A stretch of DNA of 64,000 nucleotides from Octopus sinensis (taxonomy: Eukaryota). The DNA is taken from NCBI RefSeq assembly GCF_006345805.1, contig NC_043013.1:12586001-12650000 (forward strand), written 5' to 3'. Both the position numbers and the translations under genes were made by a program. Shown in pieces: positions 49,780-62,399 of this stretch (positions are counted from its first letter, which is position 1; the number at the start of each line of letters is the position of its first letter). A model generated the notes under the pieces. That model was given only the letters and a program-made list of their open reading frames with translations, did not search any database and was not told the DNA's origin.

Positions 49780-50210
49780 GAAATTGGGGTACAAAAGGCA
49801 CTGATGGGTATTTTATAGGTTGAAAGCATCATTTTACATCCCACCTATTCTTGGTAGACTACTTTTAGGTAACATAATAAACTACTGTGGCCTTCCCCAA
49901 CACTCTATCTTTCGAATGTCTCTCGGAATCCTCTGGTCCATACTTCTCCAATAATCAGCTTGTCCTCAACACTTCATTTGATGTCTTTCATTCGAAATTG
50001 GGGTACAAAAGGCACTGATGGGTATTTTATGGGTTGAACGCATCATTTTACATCCCACCTATTCTTGGTAGACTACTGTTAGGTAACATAATAAACTACT
50101 GTGACCTTCCCCAACACTCTATCTTTCGAATGTCTCTTGGAATCTTCTGCTCCTTACTTCTGCTTCTCCAATAAACAGCTTGTCCTCGACACTTCATTTG
50201 ATGTCTTTCA
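49780..50210. repeat. Local tandem duplication, ~215-bp unit x2
   Basis: cgaaattggggtacaaaaggcactgatggg...gatgtctttcatt repeated. Confidence 0.9.
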
Positions 50211-52069
50211 TTAGATCCACGAGTAAACCATTATAGTTTTGTGCAACCGGGAAAGACATTAATTACTTGTAAGCTCACGGCATTTCGTTATTCAACCATA
50301 ATATGCTACAAATTATAATAAACGTTTTTATATGTCAATACCGTGTCCTACTGTGTTAGCAGTGCTATTAAATCAAGTGTTACGGTCATCTACAGATTTT
50401 CTGTAGAAATTATAGCCAGCACTTATTCTATGACGACGTTTCGTATCCGAGACAACAGATGTAAACAAACAAACAATGAAGGAACAAAGTCTCCCGGAAT
50501 CTGGTATATACGCCCATTACCCATTTTCTCATCTTCGATCTCATTGTTTGTTTATATCTGACGTTTCGTATCCGAGACGCCGTAAGACAAATCAGAGCTG
50601 GTAATAATTTCTGTTGAAAATCTGTAGAGATGAACTTAGCACTAGAAAAGTATATCCCAAGTAAAGGGACCGCCCCCTCCTCATAGGTTCTGTTTGCTTT
50701 CACTTTGAATATATTTTACTTTTACGGAAACGTAGACATTATCGGTCGCGCAAACGTAATATATGTGTTTTGTTTAAACGTTCATTTGCTGCGGTATAGC
50801 GCCCAGGGAAAGCTTCCTACTCGATGCCGAGTGTTAAAGAACACTGAGTATCCCAGACTAGACGAGATAACTCGCTCTGAAGTGACTGACAATGGCAAAT
50901 ATCGATATTTCGCCATTATTATGGTTTATCAATACCAAAGTGGTTCGAGTAAATGGTACTGGTATTCTTGTGGTTCAAGCATTTTCTGATGTTGTCTATC
51001 TGTCACTCTGTCAGTTTGTCTATCTTTTTGTCTCTTTATCTCTCTTTGTCTTCCCCCACTTCTCTTCTCCTTCTCACTCCTAATTTGAAAGCTGAAAGCC
51101 TTCAAAAGTCTAACAGCTGAGTTTTCTGCTCTGCACTGTTCCTCTCACCGCTTTTGTTTCGGCAGCAAAAGCAGAGCACAGCTCGGGGATAGCCCTGCTG
51201 TTTTCAGAAATTATTAAGGATTTATAAGTCCATACTGATCCTTCCCGACCACGTGACATACTTGCGATATACTCTCTCACTACCCGTCCATATTGCACTA
51301 TAAAGCTGACAAGGATCCAAAGATCAAAGCCACTGGTAATGCCTCTGTCTATCGCCCTTATATTGAACTGGCTCACGTATTATGATATGAACTTATGGGC
51401 CACCAACCCGGCCTGCTCCTTGCTTTAATTTCGTTGCTACAAAATAAGAGTACACTGTTTATGAAACTGTAACTTCTAAAACAACGGCCAGGAACCCCCG
51501 TAATTGTTCATTTGATTATTTATGAAAGCCTTCATTTCTTTTATTTTAAACAACAGAGAGATATGTTATTTTCTACTTGTTCGCTCGTGTGTGTGTTACT
51601 CGGGCAAGAAGGCACTATTCTTCGTAACAATCTTCTCCCTTGTCGTTTCTATTTTTGTACATTCAAATCGTATTTGTGTATCACTACTGTAAAAACACCA
51701 TCTCAGATTATTGATTTAAGAAGTTCATTACATCTCGTTCTGTCGTTTGTTATGCTTCTTTTATCTATTTGCTGAGTGTTTTTCTCCTTCTTAATCTGTG
51801 TTGATATTTTCTCCAGGTTTATATCAGAGGGGAGTGTCTGCTTACAGCACCCCACTCTTCCTCTCTGTAAGACGAAGTCATCTTATATTCCTGCAGTTTA
51901 TAGAATGGGAAAATATTAAAGGTTTACAAACAAATCATATTTTCTCATCCCCAAAGAAAAATGGTGTTGACACTGAAATATTCCAGTCTTCTTCTCAGCA
52001 AAATATCTCAGGTGTTAAATCTCCAAAACGCAGAACAAACTAAACACATCTTCTCACATAATAATAATA

Positions 52070-52108
<39 letters not shown>

Positions 52109-52639
52109 CAACAGCAACAACAACAACAACAATAATAATAATAATGATAATAGTGATGATGATGATGATGATGAGGAGGAGGAGGAGGAGGATTTCTGTA
52201 TTAGCCACGGGGGTCGAACACAAAACAAATAGGAACAATACAACACAAGGTACAAGCGGGGATGTTGAACAATGATGAATAACAATAACAATTAACAAGA
52301 AAATTCTAACAACAAAAATTGCCAATAGGATAGAGTTCCATCCAGGGACAACCAAGACACCCCATGCATTCTGGTCACCAAGACCACTAAGAGCACCTTA
52401 GGAAGGCACCCCTCTTCCCCTCAATTATTCCAGCCTAAAGGCATAAGTTCAGAGTAGGTCCATTCACACGGGCCATCCTCGCCACATTCACTCACCTTTT
52501 AACAAAAATAAGGGGCGGGACAGAACTTCCCTCTCTACTTTCACTTTCCTTTTCAAGTTTTACTTGAAAACGTTGGTGAAGGTTTGGCCAAAGAGGAAAG
52601 TATCTGTCTTCAGTTCTTTCAATCTCGTCCAGCACATTA

Positions 52640-53942
52640 CGAGGGGCGTTCAATAAGTAATACCCCTGACCCACTTCCCATAGCAGTAGAGCAACGAAAC
52701 TTGGCACAGTTATTAGCCTTTTCCTACATAGGAACCACTCAGAGTTACGCATTTCTCCCATTGTTTGATGCAGCTCTGGAGACCGTTTTTGTAGAAGACC
52801 CCAGCTTGGTCCTCCAACCACGACGTGACTTCAGAAATCAAGGCTGCATCATCTGGGAAACGCTTTCCTTTCAAAAACAACTTCATGGCTGGGAAGGGGT
52901 GAAAATCAGAGGGTGCAAGGTCAGGAGAGTTGGAGGGATGGGGGAGGAGTTCATAGCCGCACGCCTGTGCTTCTGATCTGGCGACAGGCGAGTTGTGAAC
53001 CGGAGCGTTGTCCTGCAGGAGGAAGATGCCTTTGCTGATCTTGCCCCGCCTCTTGATTTTGATAACTTCTCTTAATTTCCTCAAAAGTGAAGGTACCACA
53101 ATTACAGGAGCCTATTATATAGGCTCCTGTAATTGTGGTACCCTTTGCCAGGAAATCTGTCATCACTACTCCGTCCTGATCCCAGAAGACTGTGAGCATG
53201 ACCTTGCCAGCGGAGGGCTGCACCCTTGCCTTCTTTGGAGGAGGTGAGTCACGGTGCTTCCACTGCATTGACTGTGCTTTGGTCTCTGGATCATAGTGAT
53301 GGACCCAGGTTTCATCCTGTGTAATCAGCCTTTTGAAAAATTTTGACTCATCTTCTTGACACATCTCCAAATTCATCCTCGAGCACTCGACGCGTTCTTG
53401 CTTCTGGAAAGGTGTGAGCAACCTGGGAATCCATCTGGCAGACACCTTTTGCATATGCAAATGGTCATGAATGATAGTTTCCACAGAGTCGGTACTAATC
53501 TTGACCTCATGGGCTATTTGGTGAATAGTTATACATTGATCTTCCAAAATGGCAGCCTCAACTTGACGGACAGATGCCTCATCAATGACAGAAGGGGGCG
53601 GCCAGATCTGGGAGCTGTTTCCACAGAGTTCCGACCATGTTTGAATTCATGATGCCAGTGTTTTACAAGGTCATATGATGGGGCATCATCACCATAAGTT
53701 ACTTTCATTTCATCAAAAGTCTACCGTGGTGTGCGTCCTTTCAAATACAAAAACCGGATCACTGCTCGACACTCAACAGGCTCCATTTCACACTTGACTC
53801 AGTTCAAACACATGTAAATCAGAAAGCACAAATAGTTCAGAGCTGTAATTTGCCACTTAATCTATAGAAATATGGATAATTGCACATGCAAGATCAAACA
53901 ACTGCAAGAGGATCAGGGGCATTACTTATTGAACATCCCTCG
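52640..53942 (-). mobile_element. Full-length mariner (DD34D) transposon, 1303 bp, defective transposase (53786-52713)
   Basis: 30-bp TIRs (3 mismatches), TA TSD at 52638-52639 and 53943-53944; WIPRLL, TQDETW, LQDNAPVH, SPDLAPSDF motifs; an early TAG and a fold-back frameshift. Confidence 0.95.
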
Positions 53943-54085
53943 TATCTCCTTTGCCATAGGAAAAATTACCTTTTCTCCACAGCCAAAGGTGGCCATTTAC
54001 TTTGGCCACCGAACAGATATAATAATAATGATAACAACAACAACAATAACAACAACGACGACGACAACAGCAACAACAACAACAA

Positions 54086-54302
54086 TACATTATTCACATT
54101 ATTTACCTTTGACGGATATTTGTCCTCATCTTCATTGGTGTTAAAACAACGTTTCAGCTGATATATCTTCCAGCCTTCATCAGGTGTCTTAAGGAAATTT
54201 CGAACTTGGTTTCTCATTCCTAAGGTATTTTACGATGTTATTATTATTATTATCATTATTATTATTATTACTATTATTATTATTATTTTTATTTTATTAT
54301 TA

Positions 54303-54360
<58 letters not shown>

Positions 54361-54511
54361 CATTATTATTATTATTATTATTATTATCATTATTATTATT
54401 ATTGTTATTGTTGTTGTTGTTGTTGTTGGGTCACTGCCTGGAATCGAACTCGGAATCTTGAGGTTAGTAGCCTGCGCTCTTAACCACTACGCCATATGCC
54501 CGTGGGCATAT
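54086..54511 (-). mobile_element. tRNA head / microsatellite / hammerhead element (family H1)
   Basis: Reverse head gggcatatggcgtagtggttaagagcgcaggctactaacctcaagattccgagttcgattccaggcagtgacc; (AAT)n; hammerhead tail; terminal hairpin atatgccc-gt-gggcatat. Confidence 0.85.
54143..54188 (-). ncRNA. Minimal type I hammerhead ribozyme motif
   Basis: GACAC-CUGAUGA-A-GGCUG-loop-CAGCU-GAAA-C-GU-U-GUUUU. Confidence 0.8.
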
Positions 54512-54537
54512 CAACAACAACAACAATAATAATAATA

Positions 54538-54810
54538 ATGCCCTGGTGCTTTTGATCTTAACTGATTGAAAGCGTTATCATGTATGCTTTGTGTCGGTAT
54601 AAAAGATGGGCTGCAGCAAATATTCTGCGCAATACCACAGATTTACCTATCATTTGCTTGATCTTAACCAGTTAAGCATGTCCCTTGGTGGCTGATGATA
54701 TGTGCATCTCTGATCGTGAGCAGAAGTTGTGGGTGGGGGGCATCATAGCCTTGTGTTGAGAGGAATTCTTTGGGATTTGAATAATTCGTCTCTGGAAACA
54801 TGGGTGTTTC
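54538..54810 (+). repeat. Unclassified interspersed repeat, family E (5' part)
   Basis: gtataaaagatgggctgcagcaaatattctgc...gagaggaattctttggg matches 48255-48430. Confidence 0.7.
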
Positions 54811-54887
54811 TTTATTGACCACAAAGGGTTTGCATAAAGAAACACATTATGGACGGCATAGGATAAAGCACTGAGTGTATGTGTATG

Positions 54888-55270
54888 TGGAGGCGTAATG
54901 GCCCAGTGGTTAGGGCAGCGGACTCGCGGTCATAGGATCGCGGTTTCGATTTCCAGACCGGGCGTTGTGAGTGTTTATTGAGCGAAAACACCTAAAAGCT
55001 CCACGATGCTCCGGCAGGGATGGTGGTGATCCCTGCTGTACTCTTTCACCACAACTTTCTCTCACTCTTACTTCCTGTTTCTGTTGTACCTGTATTTCAA
55101 AAGGCCGGCCTTGTCACTCTCTGTGTCACGCTGAATATCCCCGAGAACTACGTTAAGGGTACACGTGTGTGTGGAGTGCTCAGCCACTTACACGTTAATT
55201 TCACGAGCAGGCTGTTCCGTTGATCGGATCAACCGGAACCCTCGTCGTCGTAACCGACGGAAAGCTTCCA
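54888..55270 (+). mobile_element. tRNA-derived SINE, family D head with tail type 1
   Basis: A box tggcccagtgg, B box gtttcgatttcc; body shared with 3430-3620; tail shared with 15710-15900. Confidence 0.85.
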
Positions 55271-55304
55271 CATGTGTGTGCCTGTGTGCTGTCACGTGGG
55301 TTAT

Positions 55305-55850
55305 AAGCACAAGGTCTAAAATTTTGGAGAAGGGAACTAGTCGATTACATCGACATCAGTGCTTAACTGGTACTTATTTTATTGTCCCGCCCCCCGCCCC
55401 GCCGAAAGGATAAAAGGCAAAAATCGACCTCGGTGGCGTTTGAACTCAGAACGTAAGGAACCGAAAGAAACGCTGTAAAGCATTTTGTCCGGCATGCTAA
55501 CAATTTTGTCAGCTCATGAGAGTTTCTGATTTAGGTACAAGGACAGATATTTTGAGAGCAGGGAATTTGCTTATTACGCTGACCCGAGGATTTGACTGGT
55601 ACATTATTTTATGGACACCAAGGCGACGAGCTGGCAGAAACGTTAGCACGCCATCATCATCACCATACTGCTTAGCGGTGTTTCGCCCGCCGCTACGTTC
55701 TGAGTTTAAATTCCGCCGAGGTTGACTTTGCTTTTGCTCCTTTCGGGGTTGATGAAATAAGTACCAGTTACGCACTGAGGTCGATATAATCGATCAGCCC
55801 CCCCGCTCCCCTCCAAATTTTCAAGGCCTTGTGCCTAGAGTAGAAATAAT
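55305..55850. mobile_element. Family A SINE cluster: minus 55305-55515, minus fragment 55527-55615, plus 55620-55850
   Basis: Matches to family A in both orientations. Confidence 0.8.
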
Positions 55851-55989
55851 TATATTACGGACCTCAGGAGTATGGAAGGCAAACGTGATCACAACGGGAT
55901 TTTGAAGGTAAAGAGCCGGAACAAATACAGCACGTTTTTTTTCGGGCGCTCTACAGATTCTGTTAATCCAAGTAACAAAATCAATCGTT

Positions 55990-56878
55990 ATCTTCATCAC
56001 TGTTCAACACTTAAACCATCGCCAAACAACACCAAAACCATCACCCTCCCCACCACCACCTTCATTACCGTCACCATCTTTATCATGAACGTCGCACCAC
56101 CACAAGCACCTCTCATACAGTCACCATCACCACTACGATCCCAATCATTACTACCACAAAAACCGCTATCACCCCCCCCCACCACCAAAACCAACACCAC
56201 CACCAATACCGCCACCACTGCCACCACCACCACCACCACCACCGCCACCACCACTACTACCACCATTTTAACTACAAGGCATTAAATGACCATGGCCATA
56301 AATTATTGAAGTTAATCTCCAACTACAACCACAACTTCAACAACTATCACCACTACTCCAACGATCACCACCACTACCACCACAACGACGACGACTACCA
56401 CAAGCACCACCATCACCACCACCACCACCACAACAACAACCAGTCTCTCCTATCGCTTCGAGCTTTAACCTCTACTATCTCGCCCCGTCGTTACAATTAC
56501 ACCTCGCCATCATTGCACGACTCCACTACCACCACCAAAACCACCACCATCAAAACCATCACCATACCATCATCATCACCATACACTATTACATCCCTTT
56601 GTTAGATCATATCTTAAAAGAAATCACGGCAAAAATAAACAAACAAAAAACAAAAAACAAAGCCAAGAGAGTCCTGTTGGTACCCTTGGTGTCCTTACCC
56701 TCCTCTGCCTATTTATTACTCTCTCGCAAAACTTCAATTTTCTACTTTTCTCTTTCTTTCTTCACCATTCACCAATACCATCTCATCATTATCAGCACCA
56801 CCGCCGCCACAACCACCACCACCACTAACACAACCGTCATTGTCGACATCATCATCATCATCATCTTCTTCTTCCTCT

Positions 56879-56967
<89 letters not shown>

Positions 56968-57570
56968 TTCCTCTTCTTCTCTTCTTCTTCTTCTTCTTCT
57001 TCTTCTTCTTCTTCTTCTTCTTCTTCTCCTCCTTTTTCTTCTTCTTCTTCTTCTTGCTCCTCCATTCACCTTCCTTTTCTTCATTGTCCTCCTCTACCTC
57101 TTTGTTGTTGTCTCCCCCTCCCCTCTTCCTCTTACTACTACTACTACTACTACCACTGCTGCTGCTGCTGCTGCTGCTGCCACTGCCGCCGCCGCCGCCG
57201 CCGCCATCTCCTCCGTCCCCACCATAATTACAAGAGTTACTAACGTCATTATTGCTACTACCACAACTAACACTATAGCCAACACCACCACAACCGCCAC
57301 CACCACAAACACCACAAACACCACCACCACCTCTACTACTACATACAAAAACAAGAATAACGCTAATACTAATACCACCGATGTCGCTACCAAATCTACC
57401 ACCACCGTCACAACCGCTGCCATCACCTCCTCTCCCCACATCATTTTATTAGCAATCATTTAAGCCATCATAATCACCGCAAGCCGCCAATACCAATAGC
57501 CAGATCCATCATAACAACCATTACCAAGAAACAAACACTTCTCGTTAAGTCGTCGTCGACTACTACTACC

Positions 57571-57612
<42 letters not shown>

Positions 57613-57660
57613 ACTACTACTACTACTACTGCTACTACTACTACTACTGCTACTACTAGT
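55990..57660. repeat. Degenerate trinucleotide low-complexity tracts (ACC/TCT/ACT/GCT)
   Basis: Direct inspection. Confidence 0.85.
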
Positions 57661-58334
57661 TCTTCGTTAATCAGTCAACTACTAATTAGTAAAAAAAAAA
57701 CTTTTATAAAAGACAAAAATAATGAATATCAATAAGGAATCAGACGAGATAAACGAAAAATTACAGCATAACACAGACACACACGCTCGCACGCGCGCAT
57801 ATGCACGCATAAACACACACACACACATGCACACACACACGCACGCACACATGCACACACACGCACACGTGTACGCACATAGACACACATATGCACATGA
57901 ACACACATACAAACATACACGCATACACACGCACATAGACACACATAGACACACATACGCACAAAAACACAGATATATACACACACACACACACAATACA
58001 TCTGAATGGATTAGAAAAGTAAGGGTTCGACTGGCAGGGAAATTATGTCCTTCTTCGTAAGGGTCAATCGACTTTAGTTAATTACCCTTAATGAATGTTC
58101 TTCCATGGGGAGACAAACTGATCCCTTTTGTGTCTCAACTATTCACTTCAACTAACAAAAGCTGATATAATCTCGCCTCCTTATCTACCCGACACTCTTT
58201 ATACACCTTTATTCCTCACCCACCTGGTACCTTTATATTCCTGCTTTCTGCTTCTAAATAACATTTCTATTACTCCTTTATATTTCTCCTGTCTGGCACT
58301 CCTTACACTCCTTTATCCTTCATCAACTTGAAAC

Positions 58335-58810
58335 TCTTTATACTCCCGTCTCTTCCAACTAAGCTGACACCCATTATACTCCTCTCTCTCTCTCTCTCTC
58401 TCTCTCAGACTTATCCCTACACACTATATGTTCTCCCTTCCCTCACGTATTCTAACACAATAATCACCCTTTCCTCTGTTTACCTGTGACTCACAATACT
58501 TCTGTCTCCTCAGTCATGAAAACTTTCTTATAGACTTCTTATTCTGGCCTCAAGCATCTGGCTACACTTCTTATACTCCCGTCTCTTCCAACTAACCTGA
58601 CACTCATTATACTCCCCCCTCTCTCTCTCTCACTTATCCTACACACTATATGTTCCCCCTTCCCTCGCGTATTCTAACACTCACAATAATCATCCTTCCC
58701 TCTGTTTACCTGTGACTCACAATACTTCTGTCTCCTCAGTCATGAAAATTTTCTTATAGACTTCTTATTCTGGCCTCAAGCATCTGGCTACACTTCTCAT
58801 ACTCCTGATA
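58335..58810. repeat. Local tandem duplication, ~235-bp unit x2
   Basis: ttatactcccgtctcttccaactaa...caagcatctggctacacttct repeated. Confidence 0.9.
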
Positions 58811-58953
58811 CTCTTAGCTAACCTCCTCACTCTTGTTCTTTGTCCTTCATCGTTGTGCTTTAATTTATTTTAGTCACCACAGAGCCAAAACAAAATACCT
58901 TGTTCTTCGCTTTGTTCTTAACACTTTGTTTTTAATTCGCTGTTATAATAGTG

Positions 58954-59015
<62 letters not shown>

Positions 59016-59285
59016 TGTTGTTGTTGTTTTATTGGTTTTGTTGTAGCTTCCGTCGTTTTTATTATTGTTGTCGTTATTATTGTCCTTCTAATCCTTCCTT
59101 CTACCGGTAACCTCTTTTTTATTTATTTATTTATTTATTCTTTTATTTATTTGTTTATGTTTTGCTCAGCGTTTATTGCTCAAATTTCCGAACCAGTTTC
59201 TGATGACACAACAGTCTCTGTGTGACGCCAGAACCATTATCATAATCATCCCCGTCACCACCACCACCACCACCGCCACCAACCC

Positions 59286-59339
<54 letters not shown>

Positions 59340-59492
59340 TATCATTATCATCATCATCGTCATTATCATCACTGTATCGCTGTTAACACAAGCACCAACG
59401 TTAAGCCACCATCACCACCTCTACCACTACCAGCACCACCAACGTCACTGCCACCACAACTACCAACACTACCACCGTCACCACCACCTTGG

Positions 59493-59528
<36 letters not shown>

Positions 59529-59911
59529 CTATATTCACAAGCATCACCGTCAACACCATTGCTTCCATTGCCTACAAAAATACCACCCCAAGCACCAACA
59601 CCATCACCACCACCACCACCACCACCACCACCGTCATCATCATGATGATCATCATCATCATAATCACTATTATCAACTCTACCATCACCATCGCTACCAC
59701 TACCATACACATCATCATAGCTACAACCACCAACACCAACACCAGCATAAATTAACACTAAACCACCAACACCACTACTACAAAAGCCACCACCATGAAT
59801 ACTTCTAACGCCAGCGCCAATCCCACTATGACCACCACTAGCGCCACCAACACCATCTCTACCTTACCATCTATCACTAAAGCCATCACAAGCAATACAA
59901 ACCACCAACAG

Positions 59912-59945
<34 letters not shown>

Positions 59946-60591
59946 GTCAGCACAACAACCGTCACCATGCTACAGCCATTACCGAAATCTCCTGCCCCTC
60001 CTCCTACTCTTATCCTCCTCCCTTCCCCCTCCCCCTCCCCTCCTCTCTTTCCCCTTTTCCTAATTCCTCATCCTTCTCCTCTTACGTTAATCAGCCGACT
60101 ACTAATTAGCAAAGGTTTTAAAATACACACAAACAAGCACACCCACCCACCACCACCACCACCACCACCACTAACCACAACAACAACAGCAACAGCAACA
60201 ACAACGAAATAAAAAAAAAATTATAACTAAACACGCACACACACACATACATACATTCAGAGACTCACGCGCGTAGAATCCGTTTGAGTGGATCCGTAAA
60301 ATAGGTGGTAGTGGGGGCGGGAGGGAAGGATCTATGGCAGGGAAATGATGCCCTAATTCGTAGGGGGTCAATCGACTTTAGACCATTGCCCTTAGTGAGT
60401 GTTGTTCCTCGAAAAGGCAAACTGACCCTTTTTAGTGTCAGCGCCGTTCACCTCAGCTCGCCAAAAACTGATGTCCTTTCTCGTTCGCCTCCGTTGATAC
60501 TCCTTGCACCCCTTATACGCCATTTTGTTATACCTCTGATACACAAATCTAGGTATATCAAATACCATACAATACAGATCACCCTTTTTCT

Positions 60592-61025
60592 TTTATCTTT
60601 TATCTTTTACTTGTTTCAGGCTTTAGACTGCGGCCATGCTGGTGCACCACTTTGAAAATTTTTAGTCGAACGAATCGATTCTTATTTTGTCTCAAAGCCT
60701 GGTACTTATTCTATCGATCTCTTCTGAAGGACCGCTAAGTTACGGGGACGTAAACACACAAAGACCCTTTATCAAGAGGTGGTTGGAGGCAAACGCAATC
60801 ACAAACACACACACTCATGTATATGCATAAATATGTATAAGTATATGTATATACGACGGGATTCTTTCGTTTTCTGTCTACCATATCCACGTATCCTCTC
60901 ACAAGGCTTTGGTCGCCCCAAGGCTGCGGGTGAAGACATTTGCTCAAGGTGCCACATAGTGGGATTGAACCCGGAGCCATGTGGTTGGGAAGCAAACTCC
61001 TTACCACTCAGTCACGCCTGTGCCT
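60592..61025 (-). mobile_element. tRNA-derived SINE, family B
   Basis: Same architecture as 40225-40710. Confidence 0.85.
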
Positions 61026-61439
61026 ATAGCCATGCCTTCGCTTATAGCGATGCCCGCACTGATAGCTACGCTTGCGCTTATAGCTACGCCCGCGTCTGTT
61101 CTTGAGCTACCTAAATTATCTACATCTCTAGAACATGTGTTTTTGTTACCATATGCAATTAAGATTATTTCCACTTAAGAAGGTAAGATCAAGAATTCCC
61201 CAGACCATAAGTCTGTTCTTTAATGGCATGTCAGTTTTGGAGGATTTTTGACTCTTGAGATTATCTTCCGATGAGGTACAACGATGTCAAAACACCGGGG
61301 GTCGAGAGTCCTTTGCACTAATCAATTAAATGTGTTACGAACACGTATTCGTCGTAAAGGAGAAAGTGTTCTCTGTGAAGAAACATACAGCGATTAGTAT
61401 ATTCGCGTTCGAATCCGCATAAGGATGAATGTACAAATC

Positions 61440-61660
61440 ACCGTTTTTATTCTCGCTGTTCATCGAATGACGATTTATCACACTTGCAATAATTTCTCCT
61501 TTTCTTTGTCGTCTGTGAATTCTGATACTTCATCTTGTAGGCATTTCTCTTCCCGATAGTCCTTGAGAACAATATCTGGTCAATTAACCTAAATCTTTCC
61601 CTGTGCATTGCCATTTTCCAGTATATGGTCGCTTTGCGAATCTTTGAGCTTCCTCCTAGG
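61440..61660 (-). pseudogene. Highly decayed REL endonuclease fragment (R4/Dong-like)
   Basis: KATIYWKMAMH then, after a frameshift, PDIVLKDYREEKCL..EFTDDKEKEKL, resembling the PD..D..EK nuclease core. Confidence 0.5.
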
Positions 61661-61954
61661 TTAATATTTTTCTATTATTTTTATCTTGATATTTCATAAT
61701 GCATATTCAGTTAGAAAACTCCAAATCTGATATGTTCAAGGATGTATTCTTTCTACGGGGTGAAATACTTTGTGGTATTGATTCCTACATATTGCGTTCC
61801 TTTTTATTATTATGATTATCGTTTATTTCTTTGCATACTGAGTTCAAATCCTACCGTGACCATCAAAGTCAACCAGTTATCGCTGTGGATGGTAGACTTA
61901 ACTCTGTGTCTGATTTGATAATACTACTGCCACTTGACCCTTCGTTATTTTTGG

Positions 61955-62250
61955 CAGAGCCGTTAGGGCGTCAGACGAAATACCCGGCTCTAGTTATTTT
62001 CGTTTCTAAGTTCAGACCTCACCGAGGTCAACTTTGCTTTTCATCCGTCTGGGGTCCAATTCTTGATGGTGGACTGTCGAAGACGTATGAGGGTCTGAGG
62101 AGATGCTTTGTACTATTCGTTTCGTTTTTTTTCGTGTTCTAAGTTCAAATAACGCCAAGGTTAGCTTTGCCCTTCATGCTCTCGGCGTCGATAAAACCAG
62201 TACCAGTTGAGCAGTGGGGTCGATGTAATCGGATATCCTCCTCTCCTAAA
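61955..62250 (+). mobile_element. Two decayed family A SINEs
   Basis: ttggcagagccgttag..ctcaccgaggtcaactttgc and aagttcaaataacgccaagg..gataaaaccagtaccag. Confidence 0.7.
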
Positions 62251-62399
62251 ATTTCTTGTTGTGGTAGTAGTAGCAGTAGCAACAGCAGTGGCAGTTGTAG
62301 TAGTAGTTGTTGTTATTGTTGATGTTGCTGTTGTGGATGTTCTTCTCTTTCTCTTCCCTCTTTTCCTTCTTTTCTTTTTTATCTTCTTTTTCTTCCCAT

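Noticed and set aside
54455-54480. Apparent compensatory change in the H1 anticodon stem (AGG/CCT vs GGG/CCC)
   Set aside because: The G-to-A change fits CpG decay and the T is shared with the 39 kb copy, where pairing is broken; not evidence of selection
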